Positions 29,546 to 36,714 of a stretch of DNA of 64,000 bases are shown in pieces; positions within the stretch are counted from its first letter, which is position 1; every line of letters starts with the position of its first letter. The stretch is from an uncultured Hyphomicrobiales bacterium (GTDB lineage: Bacteria; Pseudomonadota; Alphaproteobacteria; Rhodospirillales; CAYFNC01). The stretch lies in contig CAYFNC010000012.1 of assembly GCA_964344345.1 (NCBI GenBank), positions 12,716 to 76,715 of the forward strand, in the 5' to 3' direction. The notes beneath the pieces are model-generated. The model searched no databases. It was not told the DNA's origin and was given only the letters and a program-made list of their open reading frames with translations. The position numbers were made by a program, and so were the translations under genes.

Positions 29546-30625
29546 ATGACCACCACCAGCAACACCCGGCGCCTCGACGAGCTTCGACGCAAGTACGGCC
29601 GCATGCCCGCCGACATGGAGCAGGCGGAGAAAGAGCCCGAAACCGAGGAGGAACGCGCGCTGTGGCTGCGCCGCCACCAGCCCAGGTTCCGGGGGCTCGA
29701 GGCCGGGCACCGCGCCTGCCAGGGCTGCGGAGAGGCGCTCGCCGCCCGCCTGGTGACCGAGGCCGCGGGCCCCGACGTGATGATCGCCAACGCCACCGGC
29801 TGCCTGGAGGTCTTCACCACCCCCTGGCCCCAGTCGGCATGGCGGGTGCCGTGGATGCATTCCCTGTTCGAGAACTCGGCCGCCATCGCGTCGGGCATGG
29901 AGGCGGCGCTGAAGGCCAAGGGCAAGTCCACAAAGGTGCTGGCCTTCGGCGGCGACGGAGGCACCTTCGACATCGGCTTCCAGGCGCTGTCTGGCATGTT
30001 GGAGCGACGGCACAACGTGCTCTACGTCTGCTACGACAACGAGGCCTACATGAACACGGGCATCCAGCGTTCGGGCTCGACCCCGCACGCGGCCCGGACC
30101 ACCACCTCGCCGCCGGGCAAGGTCAGCATGGGCAAGGTGCACCTGAAAAAGGACCTGGTGTCCATCATCGCCGCCCATCACATCCCCTACGCCGCCAGCG
30201 CGTCGGTGGCCTATCCCGCCGACATCCGCAAGAAGGTGCGCCGCGCCATGGGGATCGAGGGGCCGACGTTCCTTCTGATCCACAGCCCGTGCCCCCTCGG
30301 CTGGGGCCACGAAAGCGACGCGACCATCGAAATGGCCCGTCTCGCGGTCAAGTCCGGCCTGTTCCCGCTGATCGAGTTGGAGCGGGGCGAGATCACCGGG
30401 GTCATGCCCATCCGCAAGCCGATCCCGGTCGCGCAATACCTGGAGCGCCAGAACCGCTTTCGCCACCTGTTCGCCGAGGACGATCCCCGGGCGCAGAAGG
30501 AGCTTGCGCACTTGCAGGCGCTCGCGGACTACAACATCGACGTCTACGACCTTCGCGGCGGGGAGGACGACCCGCTCGACACCGACGGCATCGACACGGT
30601 CCGCCGCGGCGGCCACGCGGGTTAG
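29546..30625 (+). CDS. 2-oxoacid:ferredoxin oxidoreductase, beta (TPP-binding) subunit
   Basis: Cys ligands: CQGCG...GC. The TPP motif is GGDGGTFDIGFQALSGM...NEAYMNTGIQ. It carries an N-terminal extension of about 50 aa. The start lies 2 nt after the alpha stop. Confidence 0.88.
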   Translation: MTTTSNTRRLDELRRKYGRMPADMEQAEKEPETEEERALWLRRHQPRFRGLEAGHRACQGCGEALAARLVTEAAGPDVMIANATGCLEVFTTPWPQSAWRVPWMHSLFENSAAIASGMEAALKAKGKSTKVLAFGGDGGTFDIGFQALSGMLERRHNVLYVCYDNEAYMNTGIQRSGSTPHAARTTTSPPGKVSMGKVHLKKDLVSIIAAHHIPYAASASVAYPADIRKKVRRAMGIEGPTFLLIHSPCPLGWGHESDATIEMARLAVKSGLFPLIELERGEITGVMPIRKPIPVAQYLERQNRFRHLFAEDDPRAQKELAHLQALADYNIDVYDLRGGEDDPLDTDGIDTVRRGGHAG

Positions 30626-30640
30626 GGAAGGAGAAACACC

Positions 30641-32422
30641 ATGAACGTCCTGACGCGCGGCGGCTACGCCCTTCCGGGAACCTCGCTCGATTTCAAGACC
30701 GGCTCGTGGCGGAACCTGTTTCCGCTCCACAACCACCTCAAGGCTCCGTGCCATGACGCCTGCCCGGCGGGGGAGGACCAGCAGGCCTGGCTCGCCCGCA
30801 TCCAGGAAGGCCGCTGGAAGGAGGCCTGGGAAAGCCTGGTCATGGCCAACCCCATGCCGGGCGTGACCGGCCGGGTCTGCCCCCACCCGTGCGAGACCGC
30901 GTGCAATCGCGGCGATTTCGACGAACCCATCGCCATCCACAACGTGGAGCGTTTCCTCGGCGACGAGGCGGTGCGCCAAGGATGGGAGTACCCCTCCTTC
31001 CCGCCCAACTTCGACGGCCCCAGCGTCGCCGTGGTCGGCGGCGGACCAGCGGGGATTTCGGCGTCCTACCACCTGTTGCGCCGGGGGGTGAAGGTGACCA
31101 TGTTCGACGCTTTGCCGTCGGCGGGCGGATTGCTGCGTTCGGCTATTCCGATGACGCGGCTGCCGCGCGAGGTGCTGGACGCGGAGCTCGAGCGCATTCT
31201 CGCGCTCGGCATCGACTTCCGCCCGCGCCAACGGCTGGGACGCGACATGTCGCTCGGCGAGCTCGAGGTCAGCTACGACGCCGTGTTCCTCGGCATCGGG
31301 GCGCAGAAATCCAGAGAGTGGAGCGTCAACGGCGAGGTCCCGGCCGACATGCACGACGGCCTGCACCTGTTGAAGGAATGGGTGGACCACGGCAAGGTCC
31401 ACACGCCCAAGAAGGTCGCCATCCACGGCGGCGGCAACACGGCGGTGGACTTGGCGCGCGTCATGAAGCGCGCGGGCTGCGACGAGGTTTCCGTCATCAC
31501 CGCGTCGGGCCTTCCCGGCCCCGGCGTGGACCCCGGCGACGTGCTCAACGTGGTGCCGCGCGAACTGGAGGAGGCGTTGGAGGAGGGCGTCGTCTTCCAC
31601 GCCTTCCACACCATCCAGCGCCTCATCATGCGGGGCTCGCGCCTGGTCGGCATCGAAGTGGCCAGGCTGAAGAAAATCCCCGACGGCAAGGGCCGGTCCA
31701 ACCGGGTCGCGTTCGAGGGCACGGAACGGGTTCTCAACGTCGACATGGTCATCCCCGCCATCGGCGAGGTGGTGGACCCCGAGGGCGTCGAGAAGCTCAT
31801 CGGCCAAGCCAGCAACTTCCGTCCCGACCACTGGGGCGGGCTCGCGGACAACCCGGGCGTCTACGTCGGCGGCGACGCCCGCAGCGGCGCCGGCACCGTG
31901 GCGGCGGCCATCGGCGACGGACGCCGGGCGGCGGAGGCCATCCGCGCCGCCGTCGGCGGGGACGACGCGCCGGTGATGGACGAGCGCGGCGTCATAGAGG
32001 CGAACGGCCTGAACCTGGAGTACTACGAGGCCGCGCCCCGCGTCGCCGCGCCCTTGCTTCCGCCCGAGGACCGCACCGACGCCACCGAAATCGAGGGTAG
32101 CCTGTCCCAGCCCGAAGCCGCGGCCGAGGCGGCCCGGTGCCTGTCCTGCGGCAACTGCCTCGCCTGCGACAATTGCTGGACGCTCTGTCCCGACAACGCG
32201 GTGGTCAAGACGGTGGAGATGGCCAGCGACGGCAGCCACTACGTCTTCGACTACGACTTCTGCAAGGGGTGCGGACTCTGCGCCACCGAATGCCCGTGCG
32301 GCTATATCGAGATGCGCGTCGAGCGCAGACTCGGCATCGGCTCTGGCTACGGCGGCGAGGACCGTCGGCGCATCGCCTCGGTGGAAGAGGACGTCGGGGT
32401 CACGGAAATCGAGGAAGAGTGA
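30641..32422 (+). CDS. Fusion protein: POR-delta-like N-arm, GltD-like Fe-S/FAD/NAD(P)H oxidoreductase, and a C-terminal 2x[4Fe-4S] ferredoxin domain
   Basis: 593 aa. The N-terminus PGTSLDFKTGSWRNLFP resembles the PorD TGSWR arm. The GltD N-domain reads CHDACP...NPMPGVTGRVCPHPCETAC. Dinucleotide sites are VAVVGGGPAGISAS and VAIHGGGNTAVDLAR. The C-terminus carries CLSCGNCLACDNCWTLCP and CKGCGLCATECP (nt 32138..32299). Confidence 0.85.
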   Translation: MNVLTRGGYALPGTSLDFKTGSWRNLFPLHNHLKAPCHDACPAGEDQQAWLARIQEGRWKEAWESLVMANPMPGVTGRVCPHPCETACNRGDFDEPIAIHNVERFLGDEAVRQGWEYPSFPPNFDGPSVAVVGGGPAGISASYHLLRRGVKVTMFDALPSAGGLLRSAIPMTRLPREVLDAELERILALGIDFRPRQRLGRDMSLGELEVSYDAVFLGIGAQKSREWSVNGEVPADMHDGLHLLKEWVDHGKVHTPKKVAIHGGGNTAVDLARVMKRAGCDEVSVITASGLPGPGVDPGDVLNVVPRELEEALEEGVVFHAFHTIQRLIMRGSRLVGIEVARLKKIPDGKGRSNRVAFEGTERVLNVDMVIPAIGEVVDPEGVEKLIGQASNFRPDHWGGLADNPGVYVGGDARSGAGTVAAAIGDGRRAAEAIRAAVGGDDAPVMDERGVIEANGLNLEYYEAAPRVAAPLLPPEDRTDATEIEGSLSQPEAAAEAARCLSCGNCLACDNCWTLCPDNAVVKTVEMASDGSHYVFDYDFCKGCGLCATECPCGYIEMRVERRLGIGSGYGGEDRRRIASVEEDVGVTEIEEE

Positions 32423-32503
32423 CGTTACGGTAGGATGCGTCGCGTCTAAAGAGGTTCGGTCCTTCCTTCCTCGCCACCTCCGGGCTTGATCCTGGGGGGC
32501 GCG

Positions 32504-32539
32504 AAAAAAAGCGTGGATTGCCGGGTCAAGCCCACTGCT
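32504..32539 (-). terminator. Candidate rho-independent terminator on the minus strand, about 380 nt downstream of the amidohydrolase gene
   Basis: The minus strand reads AGCAGTGGGCTTGACCCGGCAATCCACGCTTTTTTT. This forms an imperfect hairpin (AGC-GTGG/CCAC-GCT plus inner TTG/CAA) followed by a T7 run. Confidence 0.4.
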
Positions 32540-32916
32540 GCCCGGTTAAGATTTCTGGCATGGCGCATGGCGTTGATTCTACTTGTGTTTAGGCGTTTTT
32601 CGACGTTCTTGACACGAAGCGAGGACCAACGCCATATGGGCGCCGCCAGATGCCGCGTCGTCACACGCTTCAAATCCAAGCGGGTATCCGGGGTCCATGG
32701 CCCCTGTGTGAAAGGGTCAACATTTTCCAAGTGTGGGCGGTCATGGTTCCCGGATAGCCCTTACGAGCTTCCGCGATAACGATTTCCCGTCTTAAGTCAG
32801 CCCCTTTGCGCGAAAGCGGGAATCCATATTTTCATATGGGCCATGGTTTCTGGCTCTTTGCTTCGCTCCGGCCGGAATGACGGTTCTCGTGAAGTCGTGG
32901 TTATTCCGCCGCATCG

Positions 32917-34074
32917 TTAACCGCCCAACACCCTTTCCGCCAGCTTGGCCCAGAAGCTCGCGCCGACCGGCAGGATGTCGTCGTTGAAGTCGTAGGCCGG
33001 ATTATGCAGTTGACCGCCGTCGGACCCGCTGCCGATGCGGATATAGCAGCCCGGGCGCTTTTGCAGCATGAAGGCGAAGTCCTCCGCGCCCATGGACGCC
33101 GGCGGCTCGCGCTCCACGTTGGCCTCGCCCACCAGGCCCGCCGCCACCTCGGCCGCCAGCTCGGTTTCGACGGCGTGGTTTACGGTGGGGGGATAGCGGC
33201 GCTCGTAGTGGATCTCCGCCCCGGCGCCGTGGGCCGAGCACACGCCCTCGGCGATGCGGCGCAAGGATTGCTCGATGGAATCCTGGACCTCGGGCCGGAA
33301 GGAGCGCGTGGTGCCCCGGATCACCGCCCGATCGGGAATCACGTTCCAGGTGTCGCCCGCGTGGATCTGGGTGACGCTGAGCACCGCCGAGTCCAGCGGG
33401 TCGATGGTCCTGGCCACCACCGACTGCAGCGCGCCCACCAATTGCGCCGCCACCACCACCGCGTCGATGGAGGCGTGGGGCATGGCGCCGTGGGCGCCGC
33501 GCCCGGTCACCGTGATCTCGAACACGTCGCAGGCGGCCATGACCGGACCGGCGCGCACGGCGAAGCGCCCGGCCTCGATCCCCGGCCAGTTGTGCATGCC
33601 CCAGACCGAGTCCACGGGAAACTTGTCGAACAGGCCGTCCTCGACCATGATGCGGCCGCCCGCTTCGTTCTCCTCCGCCGGTTGAAAGATGAAATGAACG
33701 GTTCCCCGGAAATTCCGCGTCTGCGCCAGGTATCGCGCCGCGCCCAGCAGCATGGCCATGTGACCGTCGTGGCCGCAGGCGTGCATGCGGCCCGGGTGGA
33801 CGGAGCAATGGTCGAAGGTGTTGGCCTCGGGGATGTGCAGCGCGTCCATGTCGGCGCGAAGCCCGACCGCGCCGCCGTCGCCGTTGGCCAGCGTTCCCAC
33901 CACCCCGGTCCCGGCCAGCCCCCGGCTGACCTTCACCCCAAAGGATTCCAGCAACAGGGCGACGCGCTCCGACGTGCGCTCCTCCTCGAACGCGGTTTCG
34001 GGATGGACATGGAAGTCGCGGCGCCACGCGGTCATGTCGGCGTGGAAGTCGCGGATCTGGTCGATGGCTCGCAC
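32917..34074 (-). CDS. M20-family amidohydrolase (hippurate hydrolase / N-acyl-amino-acid amidohydrolase type)
   Basis: Motifs: WRRDFHVHPETAFEE, HACGHDGH, FQPAEE and GAEDFAF. I prefer GTG 34074 (385 aa). The longest start, 34131, would overlap the divergent gene at 34125. Confidence 0.88.
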   Translation of the reverse strand: MRAIDQIRDFHADMTAWRRDFHVHPETAFEEERTSERVALLLESFGVKVSRGLAGTGVVGTLANGDGGAVGLRADMDALHIPEANTFDHCSVHPGRMHACGHDGHMAMLLGAARYLAQTRNFRGTVHFIFQPAEENEAGGRIMVEDGLFDKFPVDSVWGMHNWPGIEAGRFAVRAGPVMAACDVFEITVTGRGAHGAMPHASIDAVVVAAQLVGALQSVVARTIDPLDSAVLSVTQIHAGDTWNVIPDRAVIRGTTRSFRPEVQDSIEQSLRRIAEGVCSAHGAGAEIHYERRYPPTVNHAVETELAAEVAAGLVGEANVEREPPASMGAEDFAFMLQKRPGCYIRIGSGSDGGQLHNPAYDFNDDILPVGASFWAKLAERVLGG

Positions 34075-34124
34075 GGCTCTGCATCCCCGGCTGTTCCCTT
34101 TCGTTATGGACGGGAGCGGACGCG

Positions 34125-34661
34125 GTGACAAGGGTTCTGGTGACCGGCGCGACCCGCGGCCCGGGACGGACGCTCGCCCGCGCGTTGGCGGAGCGGGGCG
34201 TCGCCCTTTACCTCGCCGCCCGGGACGAGGCGGCGCTCGAGGCCCTGGCCGACGAGCTTCGCGAGGCCTGCGAGGCGGACGTGGAGACCCAGGCCGTCGA
34301 TCTCTCCCAGTCCATCAACGCCTCGGTGCTCGCCATGGAATGGGACGGCGCCGACGTCGCGGTCTTGCTCGCGGGCGGGTCGGGGCTCGACAGCGACGAC
34401 GAATGGACAAGGCGGCGCGCGTGGGAGGCCCGGGTCTTCGGCGCCCAGGCCCTGGTCCGCGAGTTCAAGGAGACGATGGCCGAACGCGGCGCGGGCGCGG
34501 TGATCCTGCCCCCGCCGGACGGGACCTCCCCCGACGCCGCCATGGCCCGCGCGGCGTTGGAGGCGCTGGTCCAAGCCGAGGACGCGGACGCGGTCCGCGT
34601 GCTTTCCATCCCGCCCGAAGACGTCCCGTCGTTCGTGAAACCCGAGGAAGAAAAGACATGA
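34125..34661 (+). CDS. Short SDR-like Rossmann protein, apparently lacking the catalytic Ser-Tyr-Lys region
   Basis: GTG start, 178 aa. The N-terminus VLVTGATRGPGRTLARALAERG fits TGxxxGxG. I could find no YxxxK. The stop overlaps the next start (ATGA). Confidence 0.6.
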   Translation: MTRVLVTGATRGPGRTLARALAERGVALYLAARDEAALEALADELREACEADVETQAVDLSQSINASVLAMEWDGADVAVLLAGGSGLDSDDEWTRRRAWEARVFGAQALVREFKETMAERGAGAVILPPPDGTSPDAAMARAALEALVQAEDADAVRVLSIPPEDVPSFVKPEEEKT

Positions 34662-35314
34662 AACCGCCCCAAGGAGCCGCGATCGACGAGGGCGGCGTCT
34701 GGCGTCAGGTCCTGCGTCCCGCCGACTGGGACCAACCGCGCCCGGCCCTGTTCCTGGACCGGGACGGGGTGATCATCGAGGACCGCCACTACATCCACAA
34801 GGTCGAGGACGTGTTCCTGATCGCCGGCGCCACCCTGGTGATCCGCCGCGCCAACAAACTTGGCGTCCCGGTGATCGTGGTGACCAACCAGGCGGGGATC
34901 GCGAGGGGGTATTTCGGATGGGAGGAATTCGCCGCCGTCCAGGCCCTGACCCAACAATTGCTGGCCGAGGGCGGTGCGTATCTGGATGGGGTCTACGCCT
35001 GCCCCCACCACCCCAAGGGGGACACCGAATACTCCCGCCCCGATTCCGAATGCCGCAAGCCCGCCCCCGGCATGCTGCGCCGCGCCGCCGAGGACTTTCC
35101 CATCGACATGGCGGCGTCCTGGATCATCGGCGATCGGGTGGGCGACCTCGGCGCGGGCAAGAACGCGGGGCTTCGGGGCGGCATGCACCTGCTGACCGGC
35201 CACGGCTCCGAGCCCGGCCAACGCGACGACTGCCTGGCCCTGGCGGACGGGGATTACACGGTGCTGACCGGCGAGTCGGTCGCGGACGCGCTAGGGGCGA
35301 TTCCGCTGTTGTGA
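34658..35314 (+). CDS. gmhB: HAD-IIIA phosphatase, D-glycero-D-manno-heptose 1,7-bisphosphate phosphatase (GmhB)-like
   Basis: Only the last 218 codons of track ORF 33785..35314 are credible. Motifs: FLDRDGVI (DxD), VVTNQAGI, the Zn loop CPHHP...CRKPAPGM, and IGDRVGDLGAG. Confidence 0.82.
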   Translation: MKPPQGAAIDEGGVWRQVLRPADWDQPRPALFLDRDGVIIEDRHYIHKVEDVFLIAGATLVIRRANKLGVPVIVVTNQAGIARGYFGWEEFAAVQALTQQLLAEGGAYLDGVYACPHHPKGDTEYSRPDSECRKPAPGMLRRAAEDFPIDMAASWIIGDRVGDLGAGKNAGLRGGMHLLTGHGSEPGQRDDCLALADGDYTVLTGESVADALGAIPLL

Positions 35315-35366
35315 CCGCAGCCTTTCCGGCCCTCCGTATTATCCCCATTCCGGGCCCAACCGCGCG

Positions 35367-35395
35367 TTGCCTTGTGGTTGGTTTTGCTCTAAGTT
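35367..35395 (+). promoter_or_regulatory. Candidate sigma-70-type promoter for the small ORF at 35444
   Basis: TTGCCT, 17-nt spacer, TAAGTT. It lies about 50 nt upstream of the ATG in a lower-GC spacer. Confidence 0.3.
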
Positions 35396-35443
35396 CCCGG
35401 CGGGATTTGAACCAGACCAATGTAAGGCTGAAAGGGGAACATC

Positions 35444-35617
35444 ATGAAGGCCGACGATCATAGGAAAGTGGCGAAGTGGCATCTCAAGCAGGCCGAGCTT
35501 CACGAAGCGGACGGCGGCTATTCCTGCGGCTGCCCCGCCGACGAGCACAATCAGAAGATCATCGATATCGTCGATTCCGGCGTGATCGAGGAAGAGAAGT
35601 CCTGCTCGCTGAACTAG
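35444..35617 (+). CDS. Small hypothetical protein (57 aa), absent from the ORF track
   Basis: ATG 35444 follows the SD aaagggga. It translates as MKADDHRKVAKWHLKQAELHEADGGYSCGCPADEHNQKIIDIVDSGVIEEEKSCSLN, ends at TAG and is followed by a strong intrinsic terminator. Confidence 0.5.
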   Translation: MKADDHRKVAKWHLKQAELHEADGGYSCGCPADEHNQKIIDIVDSGVIEEEKSCSLN

Positions 35618-35646
35618 CGGCGCGCGAGACCGATCCGACTGTAACG

Positions 35647-35679
35647 AACCGGCCCTGTCTGGGGCCGGTTTCGTGTTTT
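35647..35679 (+). terminator. Rho-independent terminator
   Basis: The perfect 9-bp stem AACCGGCCC/GGGCCGGTT has a 6-nt loop and is followed by TCGTGTTTTC. Confidence 0.65.
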
Positions 35680-35698
35680 CCGGGAAAGGAGATTTGGA

Positions 35699-35953
35699 AT
35701 GCGGACCACCATCGCCATCGTTGCCGCGATTTCCCTGGTCTCGGGCCTTGCGGGCGCTTTTGAAACGACCTCCCGGCAGGGGGGTCTGCAAGTGGCCCAG
35801 GCCACGACCTGCCAGTCCAAGTGCGAAAGCGCGAAGACCAGCTGCATGGAGCAGCACACGACCACCAACAACCTGGGGGTCAAGATGGTCACGAAGGAAG
35901 GCGCGAAGCTCTGCTGGGCCGCCTATCGCGAGTGCGTCAAGAGCTGTCGTTAG
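35699..35953 (+). CDS. Small exported Cys-rich protein (84 aa)
   Basis: A strong SD (aaaggag) precedes the ATG. It has a signal peptide (TIAIVAAISLVSGLAGA). The mature part carries a mirrored Cys pattern, CQSKCESAKTSC ... CWAAYRECVKSC (CX3CX6C / CX7CX3C). Confidence 0.65.
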   Translation: MRTTIAIVAAISLVSGLAGAFETTSRQGGLQVAQATTCQSKCESAKTSCMEQHTTTNNLGVKMVTKEGAKLCWAAYRECVKSCR

Positions 35954-36081
35954 GGCAGGTTGGGACTGAACATCTAAATTGTCACCACAGCCTAACCTCT
36001 TTCGCCATCGCCCTCATCGCCGCTCTCGGGGAGGGCGGCAATCTGTTCATGGGGGATGTATAGTCACTGTTCCCGCCCAAT

Positions 36082-36177
36082 GGGATTCACTCTTTCTTTC
36101 GTCATGGCCGGGGGTCCACGGTAATGACGTGGATGGCCGGGTCAAACCCGGCCATGACGAAAGAAAGAGTGAATCCC
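36082..36177. repeat. Perfect 31-bp inverted repeat (REP/MITE-like element) between convergent genes
   Basis: Left arm 36082..36112 is GGGATTCACTCTTTCTTTCGTCATGGCCGGG. Right arm 36147..36177 is its exact reverse complement. The 34-nt spacer contains CCACG-N7-CGTGG. The core ACGTGGATGGCCGGGTCAAACCCGGCCATGACG resembles a short interspersed repeat I recall from alphaproteobacterial intergenic regions. Confidence 0.85.
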
Positions 36178-36210
36178 GTTAGCCGCGACATGCTCTAGAT
36201 GCGACGCGCT

Positions 36211-36618
36211 CTAGGTTTTTCCCTGAAGAAACGCCCCCAGCTCGAGATCGACTTTTTGAATGTGGTCGGTCAACCACTTGCTCAGGAAATTCATCGCCTT
36301 GAGGGTCGATGGCGTTTGGCCGGATTTGAAATCCGCTATGGCCTTCGCGATATTCTTTTCAAAAATATCGTGCTGGCGCTTTTGTTCTTCGATGTCCGGA
36401 TAGCCATGCTTTTCCATCAAGGCTTCCTCGCGTCGAAAGTGGCTTTTCGTATAGGTCTCCAGCTTTTCCAGGGTTCGCCCGTAAATCGCCTTGGCTTCCC
36501 CCTGCCGCATCGAAGCGTGGAATTCATTGATGATCGAGATAAGTTCTTTGTGGTCGCCGTCAATTGAGGCGACACCGACGCTAAAATCATCACTCCATTG
36601 GATCAAAGACATCGCCAC
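36211..36618 (-). CDS. Bacteriohemerythrin
   Basis: 135 aa. The N-terminus is IQWSDDFSVGVASIDGDHKELISIIN. Other motifs are SHFRREEALMEKHGYPDIEEQKRQHDIF and WLTDHIQKVD, giving the His/Glu/Asp di-iron ligand pattern. Confidence 0.92.
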   Translation of the reverse strand: MAMSLIQWSDDFSVGVASIDGDHKELISIINEFHASMRQGEAKAIYGRTLEKLETYTKSHFRREEALMEKHGYPDIEEQKRQHDIFEKNIAKAIADFKSGQTPSTLKAMNFLSKWLTDHIQKVDLELGAFLQGKT

Positions 36619-36714
36619 ATCCCAAATAACTCACAAGGAGATTTACTGTAAGGGATCAATCCGTTTCAAGTCGATGAATTTCTGTTGAGTTGAATGATTG
36701 CGGTCTTGCGCGTT

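Noticed and set aside
29240-32239. 999-aa ORF on the minus strand across the OFOR beta and GltD-fusion genes
   Set aside because: It is an antisense shadow. The plus-strand frames carry the TPP, FAD and 4Fe-4S motifs.
32446-32779. Overlapping 94-aa (minus) and 97-aa (plus) ORFs in the lower-GC gap
   Set aside because: Neither has an SD or start context. Their sequences have odd composition and cover repeat fragments. I treat the interval as non-coding; see the finding on this interval.
33785-35314. 509-aa plus-strand ORF
   Set aside because: Only the last 218 codons (GmhB-like, ATG 34658) are credible. The upstream part is an off-frame read-through of the amidohydrolase antisense strand and the SDR-like gene.
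35979-36182. 67-aa ORF ending ...GRVKPGHDERKSESR
   Set aside because: It is the conceptual translation of the 31-bp inverted-repeat element and is not a gene.
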